Position numbers and translations under genes: made by a program
Source of the DNA: a virus
DNA: 43,296 nt
Virus record (IMG/VR): IMGVR_UViG_3300045988_135711
Reading direction: 5' to 3' (one strand)
Shown: positions 43,188-43,296 of the stretch, in pieces
Layout of the letters: each line of letters starts with the position of its first letter
Position numbering within the stretch: position 1 is the stretch's first letter
The notes under the pieces: model-generated
Seen by the model: the letters and a program-made list of their open reading frames with translations, nothing else
What the model was told of the DNA's origin: nothing
Database searches by the model: none

Positions 43188-43296
43188 ATGGAATATAAAA
43201 CAACGATTGTACGTAGGGCGGTACAGTTCACTGGTGATTTAACACAAATGCCAAATTGGTTTTTAGAACGGTGCAGTATCGGTAAATCGGGCGGGG
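43188..43296 (+). CDS. hypothetical protein, N-terminal part of the junction-spanning ORF (continues at position 56 of the window)
   Basis: ATG at 43188 with RBS aaaggag 6 nt upstream, in frame with 7..213. Confidence 0.6.
   Translation, partial: MEYKTTIVRRAVQFTGDLTQMPNWFLERCSIGKSGG
43242..43296. repeat. 55-bp terminal direct repeat, a copy of 1-55
   Basis: Exact identity with the start of the window. Confidence 0.95.

Overview
The window is a complete, circularly closed temperate siphovirus or prophage genome of about 43,241 bp. Bases 1-55 are identical to 43242-43296, which is an assembly overlap, and one ORF runs across that junction. Low G+C and strong GGAGG-type RBSs point to a Firmicutes host. 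Choline-binding-type cell-wall repeats in both the endolysin and a tail protein suggest a host with choline-decorated teichoic acids; the genus cannot be called.

Gene order on the + strand:
- Packaging and head: HNH endonuclease (197-550), P27-type TerS, TerL, HK97-type portal, protease and capsid.
- Tail: head-tail connectors, major tail protein, chaperone with a -1 frameshift, tape measure, Dit, Tal and a fibre or receptor-binding protein.
- Lysis: holin and a CHAP endolysin.
- Lysogeny: attP, then integrase, ImmA and CI on the - strand.
- Early and replication region: Cro-like regulator, replisome organizer, a second small tyrosine recombinase, SSB, MazG, orphan Dcm methyltransferase, NrdH, many small unknown genes, and an ArpU/RinA-like late regulator (41823-42227).

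The unusual part is the junction between the late regulator and the packaging genes:
1. An ORF-free, hairpin-dense block of about 0.9 kb (about 42240-43162, + strand) ends in a truncated tRNA-like module and an intrinsic terminator. It is a candidate large structured ncRNA.
2. A second tRNA-like four-way junction lies at 869-1005, inside another 1.3 kb ORF-poor region.
3. A - strand cassette (1881-3948) sits between HNH and terS. It has a consensus promoter, an RHH regulator, four very acidic proteins and a strong terminator.

All functional calls come from motif recognition by eye. No searches were run.
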